DNA from: Lama glama
Taxonomy: Eukaryota
Length of the DNA: 64,000 bases
NCBI GenBank assembly: GCA_028534125.1
Contig: CM052816.1
Location: 60,824,001-60,888,000 of the forward strand
Direction: 5' to 3'
In this document: positions 25,381 through 37,564 of the stretch, one piece after another
How positions within the stretch are numbered: position 1 is the first letter of the stretch
Layout: every line of letters starts with the position of its first letter
The notes under the pieces: model-generated
Seen by the model: the letters and a program-made list of their open reading frames with translations, nothing else
Databases searched by the model: none
Told to the model about the DNA's origin: nothing
Translations under genes and position numbers: made by a program

Positions 25381-25720
25381 GGGGAAAGGAGAAACTCAAC
25401 TAAATAGAGCTAGAAAATAAAATAATAATTACATAGGAAATAAAAAGGAATCCCTAAGTGATCCCACATATGAAAATTAACTCTACACAACATTGTAAAC
25501 TGACTATCCCTCAATGAAAAAAAAAATTAACTCCAGATGAATTTAAAAGTCTTACATGTCAAAAACAAAACGTTAAAACTTTTAGAAGAAAATCGAGGTG
25601 AATATATTTCAGACCTTATAATAGGGAAAGATTTCTTAAAGAAGACACGTATGGCATTGTTTATAAATAAAAGATTAATTAATTTAAATATATATAAAGT
25701 TAAGAATATTTTCATCAGAG
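25377..25720 (+). mobile_element. Old L1M ORF2 fragment
   Basis: cagtggggaaagga...aaaattaactccagatga...ttaaaacttttagaagaaaat...gggaaagatttcttaaa; peptide KTLKLLEENRGEYISDLIIGKDFL resembles L1 ORF2. Confidence 0.85.
25484..25522 (+). mobile_element. 39-bp ultra-truncated L1 3' end
   Basis: acacaacattgtaaactgactat...caatgaaaa with perfect TSD aaaattaactc (25473-25483 / 25523-25533). Confidence 0.85.
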
Positions 25721-27521
25721 TATTTTCAGCTCCAACTTTCTCACTAACAAAATGGGGATAATAATACCTTATACAGTTCTAAAGATGAAATGAAATAACA
25801 CAGGTAAAACACTCAGCACAGATCCTAGCACCTAGAAAATAATAAATTATTATTATTATTATTATTCTCAAACAATAATGTTATTATTTATCAAAACCAA
25901 GTACTAGGATAAGACATATTTAAGCCATATGAGAATAAGTATTTAATATCATGGTGAAGGCTTCAAGAGAGAAATCACAATGTAAACTACATTATTAGTC
26001 AAATATTTATTGAATCTGCAGTTAGACAGTCAACAAACAGTTATTGAGCATTCATGCCAGGCACCATGCCAGGGGCTGGTTAATTTATACCAACCACCAT
26101 GACTTTTTTGCCACAATCTAATACACACACAACTTTCACACATTTATCTGGGACCAGAGCAGAGAAACAATCTCCCCAGTTTTTGATAATCTATACACAG
26201 CACTGTAGCACTGTCCAAATCAGAAATCCCAGAACCGTCCAGTTCTCCATTATTTGTGCTAATGGGACAGTGCAGTAAAACAGACAACCCAAAATTGTAG
26301 ATAAGTGTTCTCTCATTTGTTATGTTTTGGATTTTGTGCAAATAACCAAAAGCCTCAAATCAGTCTGATCCAACAATAAGGAAGCAAGACTAGAAGCAGG
26401 GCCATTTTCAGGGACCGTTTGATCAGCAGCTCCGTAATGACTTACAGCTTCTCTCCACTTCTTTGCCTTGTGGCTCTGAATACAGAAGTACATGCACATA
26501 CACTTCAATATGGCTGATGGCCATTCTGCACTGCACGAAGCCTTGAATAAAGAAAATGAAGCTGTGCCATGGGAACCTGGTTTGGGAAGTGCTGAACAGC
26601 AACTCATGGTCTGCTCTGCTGCCTCTGTTTTCTAAGATTACACCACCTCACAGGCTTTGTATATTCACGTGTCCTGTCTTTCTCGTTGGCTACCTCCTAC
26701 CAGGAAAAGTCAACATAAGCTTTGAAAAATAGTGAATTGTATCTAAAATAGATTTTATCATATAATTTACCTAGTGGGATTTCAGTGAACATTTTTTGAG
26801 CTTTGGGTGTATCAGCACTCACTCAGCTCTCACAAGTAATATTTGCTTAAAAGTTTACCCAAGAAGAGGGTAACAACCTTCACAAAGTGCGCGCTCACAT
26901 CCAGCTAACCCAAAGTAAACTGAAGCATCTCCTGGAGAACAGTGCTCCTGAAAATTGTCCTGATGTGACTTGCGGGGCTGACATGGATGTGGACACTGCT
27001 TTTTAAGAGAAAAGGTAAGGAAGAAAGCTACTGTCTACCATAACGTGTTCTTTTCCCCGAGAGCTGGTGAATTTCTTCCATTTCTAGGACCAATCCAATG
27101 ACTTTCAGAATACTTTCTCTTTCTGGGAATGTGCTTCGAGTGGGAGTGACACACCCAGGGTGGGTGTAGGAGGAAGTAGGAAGGGGATTAGACGGAATCA
27201 AAACCCAGGTTCCAGCTCTGGTCTATCACTTATTCACTACGCGGGTCTGGACTTAATACCTCCGAGTTTCTGCTGTGTCATTCTTCACGTCAGATCATCA
27301 TCTGCCTCCCCTACTTCACACATGGTGTAGGATAATGTTTTCAGAAACATGTTAAAGGTTACAGCATACCTTATACTTATTTCCTACTACATCATGAGTT
27401 CCTTGAGGGCAGGCAGCATGTCTTAATTATATTTGTATATCCCACTGCTCAATAAATGTTGATCTTAAATGACAGCTGTCATGAAATAAGAGAAAAACAA
27501 AAGTCAACAGTAAAAGCTCAA

Positions 27522-27845
27522 ATAAGTAAGTACTTGGGATGTAATGCGCAACATGGTAAGTATAGTTAACCCTGCTGTATGTTAGATATGAAAGTGGTTA
27601 AGAGAGTAAATCCCAAGAGTTCTCATCACAAGGAAAATTTTTTCTGATTTCTTTAATTTTGTATCTATATGAGCTGATGAGTGATCACTAAACTTATTGC
27701 GATAGTCATTCTAAGATGTAAGGCAAATCATTATACTGTACACCTTAAAATTACACAGTGCTATATGTCAGTTATACCTCAATAAAACAGGAAGAAAACA
27801 TAATTTTAAAAAACAGGAAAAAATAATAAACATGTATTTTAAAAA
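27522..27845 (+). mobile_element. L1 3' UTR (L1MA9-like)
   Basis: taagagagtaaatcccaagagttctcatcacaa...tgtacaccttaaa...ttatacctcaataaa, with a diverged TSD cagtaaaagctcaa/cagtaaagactcaa. Confidence 0.85.
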
Positions 27846-30437
27846 CCAGTAAAGACTCAAGATGTCTGCTGGCTGGCATATGACACGTCACACCTGAAGG
27901 ATGATGGCAGTTAAACAGCAAAAGAATACACTCTGACGCTATCTGAGCAGTAAAGCGTTGAAAACCACAGACTCTTTTCAGCCACTGTTTTACATTTAGA
28001 AATGAAAACTAGTCAGGCTAGGCTGAGAACAGAGAATGAGAAATTAATAGATTGCAGCAGGCTTAGGATCATTTCCAAGATGAGAAGTTATCCTGGCCTC
28101 TCCCCACTCCAGTTCTCAATCCTCCTCTGGGAGTTTCTCTTCCCTAATGTACACCATGATGGGTAAATTTCAGAAGAACAACTGGGGCTAGCTCAGTTCA
28201 GCGTCTCCTCTTCTTCTTCCTGGAGGTTGGTTTCCAAAGGCCATCTGCCAGGAAAGAGTAAAGCGAACAGGGAGAGGGAAAAGAGATGTCAAGAAGGAGA
28301 AAGAACATGGAAGATCAAAGCAAAGAGGGTGGCAAGCAGAGCCAGTGAAAATGAGGACGTTCCAAAAACAAGGGTATCTAATGTCCAATTTTTTCTTTTG
28401 ATTTTGTGAAAATCATCTATTACGTGATACAGCAATGTAACCAGCTTTGGTACCTATGGTCTTTCAATAACATCACGGCTTTGTGTGCCGTGGAGAACTG
28501 AAGGAAAGGGGGCTGTGCCCATGTCGGGGAGATGATGTGCAGAAAGGACAGTGTGTACAGGAGGAAAGACAAGGAGAAGAGATGAAGGTTTCACTGGAAG
28601 CAGGCACTTGGAGCTAAAGAAACAGAGGGCTATGCACAGCTCTTGCAGATATAGATCCTTCTAGTTTTTCAAGACCCAGCCCCTCCCGACTTTTTGCAGC
28701 CATCAACAGTCCCAGCAAGCTGAACTAATTACTTGTCCCTTGTGCTTCTTTGGGGAGAGAATAGTGCCTATTACACTGTATAATGAGTCAGTTGTAAAGT
28801 CAATGGCAGCTCGCAGCTGATGGTGAGTGTCCAGAGGACGGCCCCAGCATCTCTGTACTCCAAGAGCCAGCACAAAGCTTGGCACACAGTGGCCATACAC
28901 ACGTCAGTCTGCACAATTCCTTGCCGCCTCCCTCTACAGGAAGTTACAGTTGACTCCTGTTCCCACAAGATCCATTCACATTTCAAACGGCCATTTAAAA
29001 AAAAAAAAAACAATGATTAGCCATGATAGCAAAAGAAGAAACATGAGCAGAGTTTATTACTTTGCCAGGCTAATAAATATTATCTTGCTTTGCTCCCTAA
29101 ACTCCCTAATGAAGACAGCAGCTCTCAGGCAAATAAATAAAACATTAGGTTGACAACACACAGCCCATCACAAGCACAGTTGGCTAATTTGCTCATTGCC
29201 TAAGGACATCAGCCGCCTTTGGGGTAATCTCCATAAACACACTGCCCAGTCTTCCTTTCCCCTAGATAAGCAGCGTCAAGCTAAGGCTTTAACATTTTTC
29301 AACGTCTTATATGTTTTTTATTTCAATAACTGTCTTTTAATAGCCAGATACCCATCTTCATCAAATGAAAGCTATTTTTCAGTAATTGTCCTAACAGCCA
29401 ATTCCTTTTCTGGGGAAAAAACAAAAAAATCCTTTTGAATCATAGGCAGTTGGGCTAAACAGTGTTCCCTAGAATATGAATGTGAGCTTAAGCTATTAAA
29501 ATGTCATGGTTAACCTTTTTAAAACCTAATTAAATTAAAATAATAATATGTGGAATGGTTTTACTGGAAGGAAAGGCTCTTTTTCAAAAAATCTGTTCCA
29601 AGTCTCAGCACTAACACCTTGAAGCCATGGTGGGAAAGAGTTTTTGCAGGCAGAGGGAGCCTGGCTTCGCACGTGCTATGATTAACTTTTGGTTGTTAGT
29701 ATTAGACTTAATTATTGCAGCATGCTGAAGGGCAGGGACAATTTACTTGCCTGATCACACCTAATAAGATGTATTTGCAGAGGCAAGCATCTCCTGGACT
29801 TAATCAACAAACTATCAAGACAATCAATGCTGTTAAGCCTCATGTACTTGCGATATTTTTTCCAAACAAAAAGATAAAAATCCAAGGGCAGACTGTTAGT
29901 GATGCAGGCAAACTGCTCCGAGGGCCCCCTTGAACCAGCATCAGGCTTATCTCCCTCCTTAGATGGCTGCAGCCACTATGCAGGAGGGTTGGTTCACCCT
30001 AAGGCCTGATTCTATCAAGAACAAAGTTCAAGCCAGCCTACACCCAGTGCAAGAAAATTAACATCTGAAAACTCCTGCATTTCTTGGTCACTGGCCCTAA
30101 AAGGCTTCAAACAGGCTCTGCCAACTTTATCTGGGGGGTGGGGTGGGGGGAGGCTGTTACCCTCTAAGACATTGCATTCACCTCTTGCCACACAAGAAAT
30201 GAGTTTCTGTTCCTTTATTTGATAATCTCCACTTGGGTCCAGGGATAAATTTTTAAAAGAAACTGGCTATAATATAGAACAGATTAGCAAACTGCACAAA
30301 ACAGCATGCTTTGGTTTCAACCTTGATTCTTCAAGGGCTGCCATCATACCACACAAAGCAGTAGGACTGTGGCACATGGGCACACAAAGTGAGAAAGTGC
30401 TCCCGTGACCAAGCCAGAGAGATCTTGGACAGGTAAT

Positions 30438-30937
30438 NNNNNNNNNNNNNNNNNNNNNNNNNNNNNNNNNNNNNNNNNNNNNNNNNNNNNNNNNNNNNNN
30501 NNNNNNNNNNNNNNNNNNNNNNNNNNNNNNNNNNNNNNNNNNNNNNNNNNNNNNNNNNNNNNNNNNNNNNNNNNNNNNNNNNNNNNNNNNNNNNNNNNNN
30601 NNNNNNNNNNNNNNNNNNNNNNNNNNNNNNNNNNNNNNNNNNNNNNNNNNNNNNNNNNNNNNNNNNNNNNNNNNNNNNNNNNNNNNNNNNNNNNNNNNNN
30701 NNNNNNNNNNNNNNNNNNNNNNNNNNNNNNNNNNNNNNNNNNNNNNNNNNNNNNNNNNNNNNNNNNNNNNNNNNNNNNNNNNNNNNNNNNNNNNNNNNNN
30801 NNNNNNNNNNNNNNNNNNNNNNNNNNNNNNNNNNNNNNNNNNNNNNNNNNNNNNNNNNNNNNNNNNNNNNNNNNNNNNNNNNNNNNNNNNNNNNNNNNNN
30901 NNNNNNNNNNNNNNNNNNNNNNNNNNNNNNNNNNNNN
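30438..30937. other. Assembly gap (500 N)
   Basis: Run of N. Confidence 1.
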
Positions 30938-30984
30938 TGCACATGCTAAGCAGGCGCTCTACCACTGAACTTTACTGTCCCCTC
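30938..30984 (-). mobile_element. 5' head of a tRNA-derived SINE (camelid Vic-1 type), cut by the gap
   Basis: Reverse complement ggggacagtaaagttcagtggtagagcgcctgcttagcatgtgca has a Pol III A-box and a tRNA-Ala-like arm. Confidence 0.8.
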
Positions 30985-31079
30985 AACACATATATATTTG
31001 TTGAGTACCTACTTCTCACCAGACACTGAGCTGAACATGTCCCTGGTTTTACTCAAAGTGGACTTTGAGCTCTCAATAG

Positions 31080-31330
31080 TTTGCACAGGGCTCATCTTGG
31101 GTAAAACTGCTCATATGAGAAAGCTGGGAATCTTTGTTGGCCTCCTGGCTTCCATGCATCACACCAGCAAACATCACTTCCACTGACATTCCATTGGTGA
31201 GTTGTACAGACACATCCGAAAAGGAGGCTGGGAACTGTAGCCTTTATTCTATGCCCAGCTAAAAGTCAGGGGTTCTATTACCAATTGAAAGAAGGAGAAA
31301 ACCAGAAAACCAGTATCAGTGTCTCTGCTA
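31080..31330 (-). mobile_element. MLT1J-like LTR fragment
   Basis: cttccactgacattccattgg...ggaggctgggaactgtag...ggggttctattac. Confidence 0.65.
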
Positions 31331-31691
31331 TCATGTTTGTTTCTATAACAAAGGCTTTAGTGACCTAATCAAACCAATGAGGCAAGAATTTGGAGCATCT
31401 CCATAGACCAGAGAGATGGAGGGATGGCCAGGAGCCAAGGGCCATGCAGGCAGATTTCTCAACTGGGATGCAACCCTACTTCAAGGACATGGCCCAAGAG
31501 TTAGGTGCAGGTCTCAGGCCCCTAGAGGACTAACAGGTGAATCATGTAGGCATTGCTATTCATGCAAACTTCAGAAAACACCATGCTCTGTCCTTTTCAA
31601 GCATATGTTGACCTTTTTAAAGTTTGAAAATAAAGGCACAGACTTCAGAATTATTTCTAATTTACAATTTCCTAATAGAACATTTCTTAGT

Positions 31692-31865
31692 ATCAAGGAG
31701 GAAAAAATTTTCCACCAACTCTAAGGTTCAGGGTTTGGAAACCTGCAAATTAAACTGACACAAGAGAGATTACCAAGAGAATAGACAAGTTTGTTCACTT
31801 CTCTGTGTGGGAGCTTACAAAGGAAGTGGTCCAAAGAAGTGGTTGAAATTCGGAGCCTAATGCCA
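31692..31865 (-). mobile_element. ERV LTR fragment (family uncertain)
   Basis: aggaaaaaattttcc...aattaaactgaca..agagagatta..aagagaa resembles the reverse of a Laurasiatherian ERV1 LTR end. Confidence 0.5.
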
Positions 31866-32116
31866 CAGGGGTACATTCTAGACCCCTTTAGAGGTCACAT
31901 CCAAATTCTATAGAACCAAGTGCTTTGAAAGAAAGAAGGAAGGAGGAGAAAAGGAAAGAAGCAAAGGAAGCAGGCACTGGCTAGGATCAAATTTTTTCAT
32001 GCAATGTAGGAATTTTAGAAAAAAATTATATTGACATCTCAAAAAGTCAATGCATCATTTTATACCAAACAACGTGTGGAGAAAAACTTGCTACATTCCA
32101 AATTCAATTCGTAAAA

Positions 32117-32276
32117 CAAGGTCCTACTGTAAAGCACAGGGAACTATATTCAATACCTTGTAATAGCCTATAATGAAAAACAATATGAAGAATAACATAC
32201 ATGTAAAAATGAATCACTGTGCTGTACACCAGAATCTAACACAGCATTGTAAATCGACTACACTTCAATTAAAAAA
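32117..32276 (+). mobile_element. Short L1 3' UTR insertion
   Basis: caaggtcctactgtaaagcacagggaactatattcaat...cattgtaaatcgactacacttcaatt(A)n. The 17-bp TSD aaattcaatt[c/g]gtaaaa lies at 32100-32116 / 32277-32293. Confidence 0.93.
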
Positions 32277-35200
32277 AAATTCAATTGGTAAAATTTCAGA
32301 CTCAGTGTGAGCCATTCTCTCTATCCTTGCCCTGAACGTATTTCCACAAGCCTTGGATAATCTGCTCTGACTTTTGCTTAGTGTTATACAACAAGTCCCT
32401 GAGAAAAGGTTGAAGAAAACCTTGAAGAGAAAAGCTGTGCTATTGGAAGAGGAAATCCTACTGCACGCAGAGAAGTTGTCTGTCAACAACCACATTAATA
32501 GTCCGGGATTAGGAAGGACTGTTTTAAGCATTTTACATTCTAATATGAGAGTGTTTTATTTACATGTAGGCGTTTTACTATGTTTCAGTTACATTTTAAG
32601 AAATTGCTAGGGGATGTGGAATTGATGTGTGACACACTGTAATTTTTCCCACTTCAGGTAATAGGAAATAGGCTCTGGTTAGCATTTTTGTGCAGAATAT
32701 CTGATTTTTAGAAGCCGGTTACTGGTGTTAAGAGGGAGGTGCCTGTGTTTTAGAAACTGGATAGGAAGTGATGCCCTGTAGTTCTGTACTTAACTCCACA
32801 CCCATTCGGCTAACATCGAATGAGAACAGTGAGCCAGGCACCGTGCTGAGGGCTGTGGACCAACAGTGAAGGAGCCAGTAACCCTGTCCTGAAGCACCTT
32901 GAAATGAGGTCAGAGGACCAGACAGAGCAAATTCGGGCCGTGGGGTAGGGACCCTAACCCAGCTCCCATAGCCAGGGAGGCATGAGTGAAAGTTCCCATG
33001 GCAAAAGGAGAGTGCGTAGCAGGGAGAGCAGCCTGTACAAAAGCCAGGAGGTACGAGGCGCCAGGTGCCGCTGAGCACAAGGGGGCAGGTCCTCCCCCAG
33101 CAGCTCCCCTACTGCGCCTGCGAAAGAAAAGTCCGGTTCCTCTCAGTGGCTCTGCCCACAAGCTCCTGCACCCATCTTCATGTTAAGCTATTGCAGGGAC
33201 AAAACTGTGAATGGGCCCTACGACTTGGTCTCCTCAGCTATAAAATGGGATAATTAAGTTTCACCTTACAGTTATTGAATGAGTTAACATGTGAAAGTGC
33301 TTAGATTGGTGCCTAGCACTTTTCAGTGCAATATGTTAGCTATTATTATTAGCTAGAGGCCCTGTAAATGTGTCACAGTGAAGCCAGAGGGTCCCTGAGC
33401 TCAGGCTGAGGTTATTAAGACCGGAGTTTCTCTCTCACCACCCCCAACTCCTCTCCTCTCTCTTTCTCTCCTCTTTTTACTTCTTTTTTCTTCCACACAG
33501 GCAAATGCATATTTTTGGATCACCCACTGGTGCAGTGAAACTGCATCCTATATGGAACAAAGCCCCCAAAGTGAGCTCCAGAGGAAAGGGTCCCTCCAAT
33601 GGGACTGCTTTCCCAGCCTTGCCTGGTCTCAGCATCCTGAAGCAGACTTACAGATGAATTAAGTGAATCCCAAGCATAAATTTGACCCCATGCAATTTTC
33701 ACCCTCCACGCTGCCCCTGGAACCCAAGCCTTGCTAAAAAGGAGATACCCAGCACCTCTGTTCAGCACTGAGTAAATTCTAATTGAATTAGAAATTTCTG
33801 AGGCTTTCTAAGAACTGGTCTTTACTGTGGACAGTTTAAGTCACCCCTAAGTAGAGTAGAATGAACACCTCCTAGAAGTGGAAACACAAAGAAGGAGCTG
33901 GGATTTACTACCTGAGCCACCTCCCTTTCCCTCCCCATCACGCTCCTGGGACAAAATCTGCTTCCTCCCTGCCTAAAGTAGAGCTAAAACAAGATCACCA
34001 AGCTGGAGACTGGTCACATGGAAGCCACAGCAGGGCAGGCGCAGAGCCCCAGAGCTTGAAAAATAGATGTTCTCAGCCCACAAGCCTGGCGCTGCTCCTG
34101 AGCTCAGCCAGGTATGTTCTCCCCGCTGGGTTTAATTTCAAAATCCAGCACAATCACTGAAAAACAAGAGTGATTCGCTCTTTCAGGTATGCACAGTTTT
34201 CATCAGCAGTCTCTGGCGGCTACAGTCTCGGGCCATCTTTTACCACATCCCCTCATCCCCCCTCCCCAGGGAAAGGGCTTTCCTAACGGCCCTTGGACGC
34301 CTGCCCATGTTTTGAGGCATTGTCTGAGCGCCAAGTCCAGTAGATAGAATTCTCTTTCCCCAGTCAGACATTTATAGAGAGCTGTGGTCTCAAATTCCAG
34401 CTTGCTTCTGACTTCCTTCTTCCTCCTGAAATCGGATGATGCCTTTTGTCTTTCATCCACAATGACATATCGAAAGATAAACAAGACGATGCAACAGTTC
34501 ATGGCAAGCGGTAAACAGAAGGTATAATTACAGCTGCCCCTGAACGCAGCATCTTTGGGGGAAAAAAAGGAATAAAAAAGAATATATTCTTTCCAACCTG
34601 GTCTTGACTTTATTTCAGGGTGGTGCTCATGTCTCAGTCCCTAAAACTGGAAAGTAAGTGTATACTCATGTACACACAAAAGCATGCATATATTCACCCA
34701 CACACCCGAGCAATATTCTAGAGCCCGCTGGTCTTTGATTTTGTCCTTTTCAGCAAATGAACAACTCGCCTCAATAGTCAAATAAGCATCAGAAGAGCAG
34801 GTTTGGGTCTTCCTCTGCTGCTGCTAAATACAGGAACTGAGATTAGCAAAACAGCATAAAGCCTGAACCAGCTCACGCAGAAGGACTCAAGAGAACAGAG
34901 CCTTCCGAATGGAAACTCTGGTTAGCTCTCAGAATCTCAGCGCTTAAATTGTGATTCCAAAGAGGAAATCCCTTATGGCCCAGCAGGCACATACTATCAA
35001 TTGTCCACATTATTTATGTAAAAACCTGTCTTGTTGAATATTCTAGACATAGAAGTGACGGTTTCAAAATGAGATTTGCCAACACAACCCCCTTTTCCCC
35101 GAACAGTAAGAATCAGCAGAATATCCCTACAAGTCCTCTTAATTTGTTCTTCATTAGAAGCCAGGGGGAAGGGAACTCGGCGAAGTGAAACCCCAAGCTG

Positions 35201-36289
35201 CACAAAGGCACTAGCCTAATCCCATCCAGAGGAAAACAAGAGGAGAAGGTGAACGGGGCGCTCTTAAATTAGTGGGCAAACTCAGAGACTTGGGGGAGCT
35301 CAGTCAGGCAGGGCAAGAATCAGATCAAAGTCACAAAGAGCCAGGCCTGATGAGGTGTCCGGGCTGTGGGACCTGGGGAGGGGGGGACAACAACATCCCA
35401 AAGCAAAGGCTCTCGGGCCACCCAACCTGTCCATGGTGGCACGTGTCTGTCAAGCATAGCGTGAGTCTCGCTTTAGAAGGCAGGAGGGCAGTGAGGCTTT
35501 ACGTGAATTCTTCAGTGTTGCCCAAACCCACCCTCCCAATTTCCTGCAGGCTCCCCGAAGGAAGGGGCTCTGATTAAACATGAGATGAGACCTCAGCCAC
35601 GCACAATGGCCTCACCCAGGGCACTGCTCACCTCCCGCGCCCCTCCTGCCTCGCAAGAGTGGGGCGTGAAATCACAGCTTCAGTGAGAAACTCCCTCCTT
35701 GCTCACGTGTTCCCTCGCTCTTTTCTCTCTTTCCTGGAGAAGTGACAGTGACTGGGCTTTCCCTCTGCTTGGGAAGGCTTCCCTCTGGAAGGCTGAAAAG
35801 GGAAGCCCAAGGGAGCAAAGAATGGCTGTTCCAGACCTGCGCTGGCTGAGTCTGGGAAAGAGAGGAAGTTGCTGAACTTCTGCGTTGTCAGCCCACATCC
35901 CTGGCCACAGAAGAAATAAGGTTCAGGCAGACGACCCAGGAGAATGATGCGGTAGGTGGGAATGAGCTCAGTCCTGGTGAGAAGCAGGAAGGTGTGCAGA
36001 TCAGGCCCAAGTCACGGAAGCCTTATCATCAGTGGAGCCCAGAATCCGGGAAGCACCCAGCAGCCACCTTCCCTCCACTGTGCTCAGACATGGACAGGAC
36101 GGCACCAGGGCGTGGGAAGCAGAATGCTACCTGGGAGTCGAGACTCCTAATTCTCTCTAGGTCCACATGTCACTGCTTCTCCTACTATGTCCCCTGGCAG
36201 AGGGGAAAAAAAGCAGAATATTGAGGGCCCGCAAGGTAAAAGGGCCTGCAGATGACACAAAAATTAACAAGACACTACTGTGCCCTCAA

Positions 36290-36515
36290 AAACTAGGTGG
36301 TTAAAGGAAAGAGCATGGGTTTTTAAAACCATCCTGATCTTGGTTCTGCCATTTATAAATTGTGTGGCCTTGGCCAAATCATTTAGTGTCTCTATAAACC
36401 GGGGATTAAAAACCCTTACCTCCTGAGTGTTTCTGAATGAATAGAGATAATGTATACAGAGCATTTCTGCCAGGGGCATGGTGACCGTGACAAACTGCAA
36501 CAGTGTTACTAGCAT
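36290..36515 (+). mobile_element. MIR SINE
   Basis: tggttaaagga..agcatgggtttt...tgtgtggccttggccaaatcattta...aatagagataatgtat. Confidence 0.75.
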
Positions 36516-36696
36516 GGAGAACCTCAGACTTGCAAGTGGCTAACAACAGGGCAGGGGAATGAGACCAAACAGAGTGGATCCAGAATCAGAACAAAGTGGG
36601 CTGAATGCGGACGGGACAGGAGAGAGTGAAAGCGGATGCATCGCAGAGCAGCTGACCTCGCTGCTTTCAGAACAGGGACAGGCCGTGACTCCATGC

Positions 36697-36868
36697 CTGG
36701 GCAGCCTCATGAGCGCGGGACCTCGGTGGTCACACAGGGCCCTGCCCTTAGAAGAGTCTGTGCTTTGGTTAGTGCCCTGCGGTCATCATGAAATTCTTGA
36801 TAATTTTTGAACAAGAGGACTCACATTTTCATTTTTAACTGAGCCATCAAACTATGTAGCTATCCCTG
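36697..36868 (+). mobile_element. hAT-Tip100 MITE (MER45A-like)
   Basis: ctcatgagcgcgggacct...cacagggccc...tgaaattcttgataatttttgaacaagagg...attttcattt...aactatgtagctatccctg. Confidence 0.85.
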
Positions 36869-37518
36869 CTCCTGCTGACTGAGACGGATGGGGTTTTAAT
36901 GGACTGCCTCCTCTGAGACTCCCCCTGCCCCAGGCCTCCCAAGCTGGGGAGACCCCAGGGTCCCTCTGCTCTCCCGGTTTCAGACATACTGGGCACATCA
37001 GGCTTTCCATCTCAGCTCCAGGCTCCCTAATCCACATGGCCCATCCCGGCTTCTCTGTGGGTAACTGAGTGGAAAGTAGATCTGGACCAGGTCTTCACTC
37101 TCAGTATACAAGGGGATGCTTTCCTCCAGGAAAACCATTACCAGAATTCAAGACTTCTACCTGGTAAAGACCACGCCTATGTCCAGCCCCATCTGCCTTC
37201 CATTCCACCAACTTTTATTGGTTCTACCCAGCACTCAGCTAGGCCTGACTGAAGCCTGTCTTCCTGGCCACAGGCAAATCCCACCTAGAACTGACAGGTG
37301 CTTAGCTAAAGGAACAATGTTCCCCTGGACCTAGGGTAGGATAAATCTCTGGGCTATTTGACCTGGAAACTGACACTGGGCAGAAAGTGCATATTCTGGA
37401 ATGGGGATGAGAACACAGAGGTAGGGATGTGTTCTCTCTGATGCCAACAGCCAGGCAAGGCAGTTAGATGAGATGCTGGAACCCTGCCATGTTTCCCTGC
37501 CTGCGGTTAAGAAGTGTC

Positions 37519-37564
37519 CTAAAAAAATTAACTAAATTAAGTATTTAGTGAAAATCAAAAAAAA
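37519..37564 (+). mobile_element. 46-bp A-tailed retroposed fragment with TSD
   Basis: Perfect TSD aagaagtgtc (37509-37518 / 37565-37574), preceded by tt; ends in a poly-A run. Confidence 0.75.

Noticed and set aside
30938..30984. tRNA-Ala gene
   Set aside because: The 5' stem is degenerate and the sequence is truncated by a gap; it is better explained as a SINE head.
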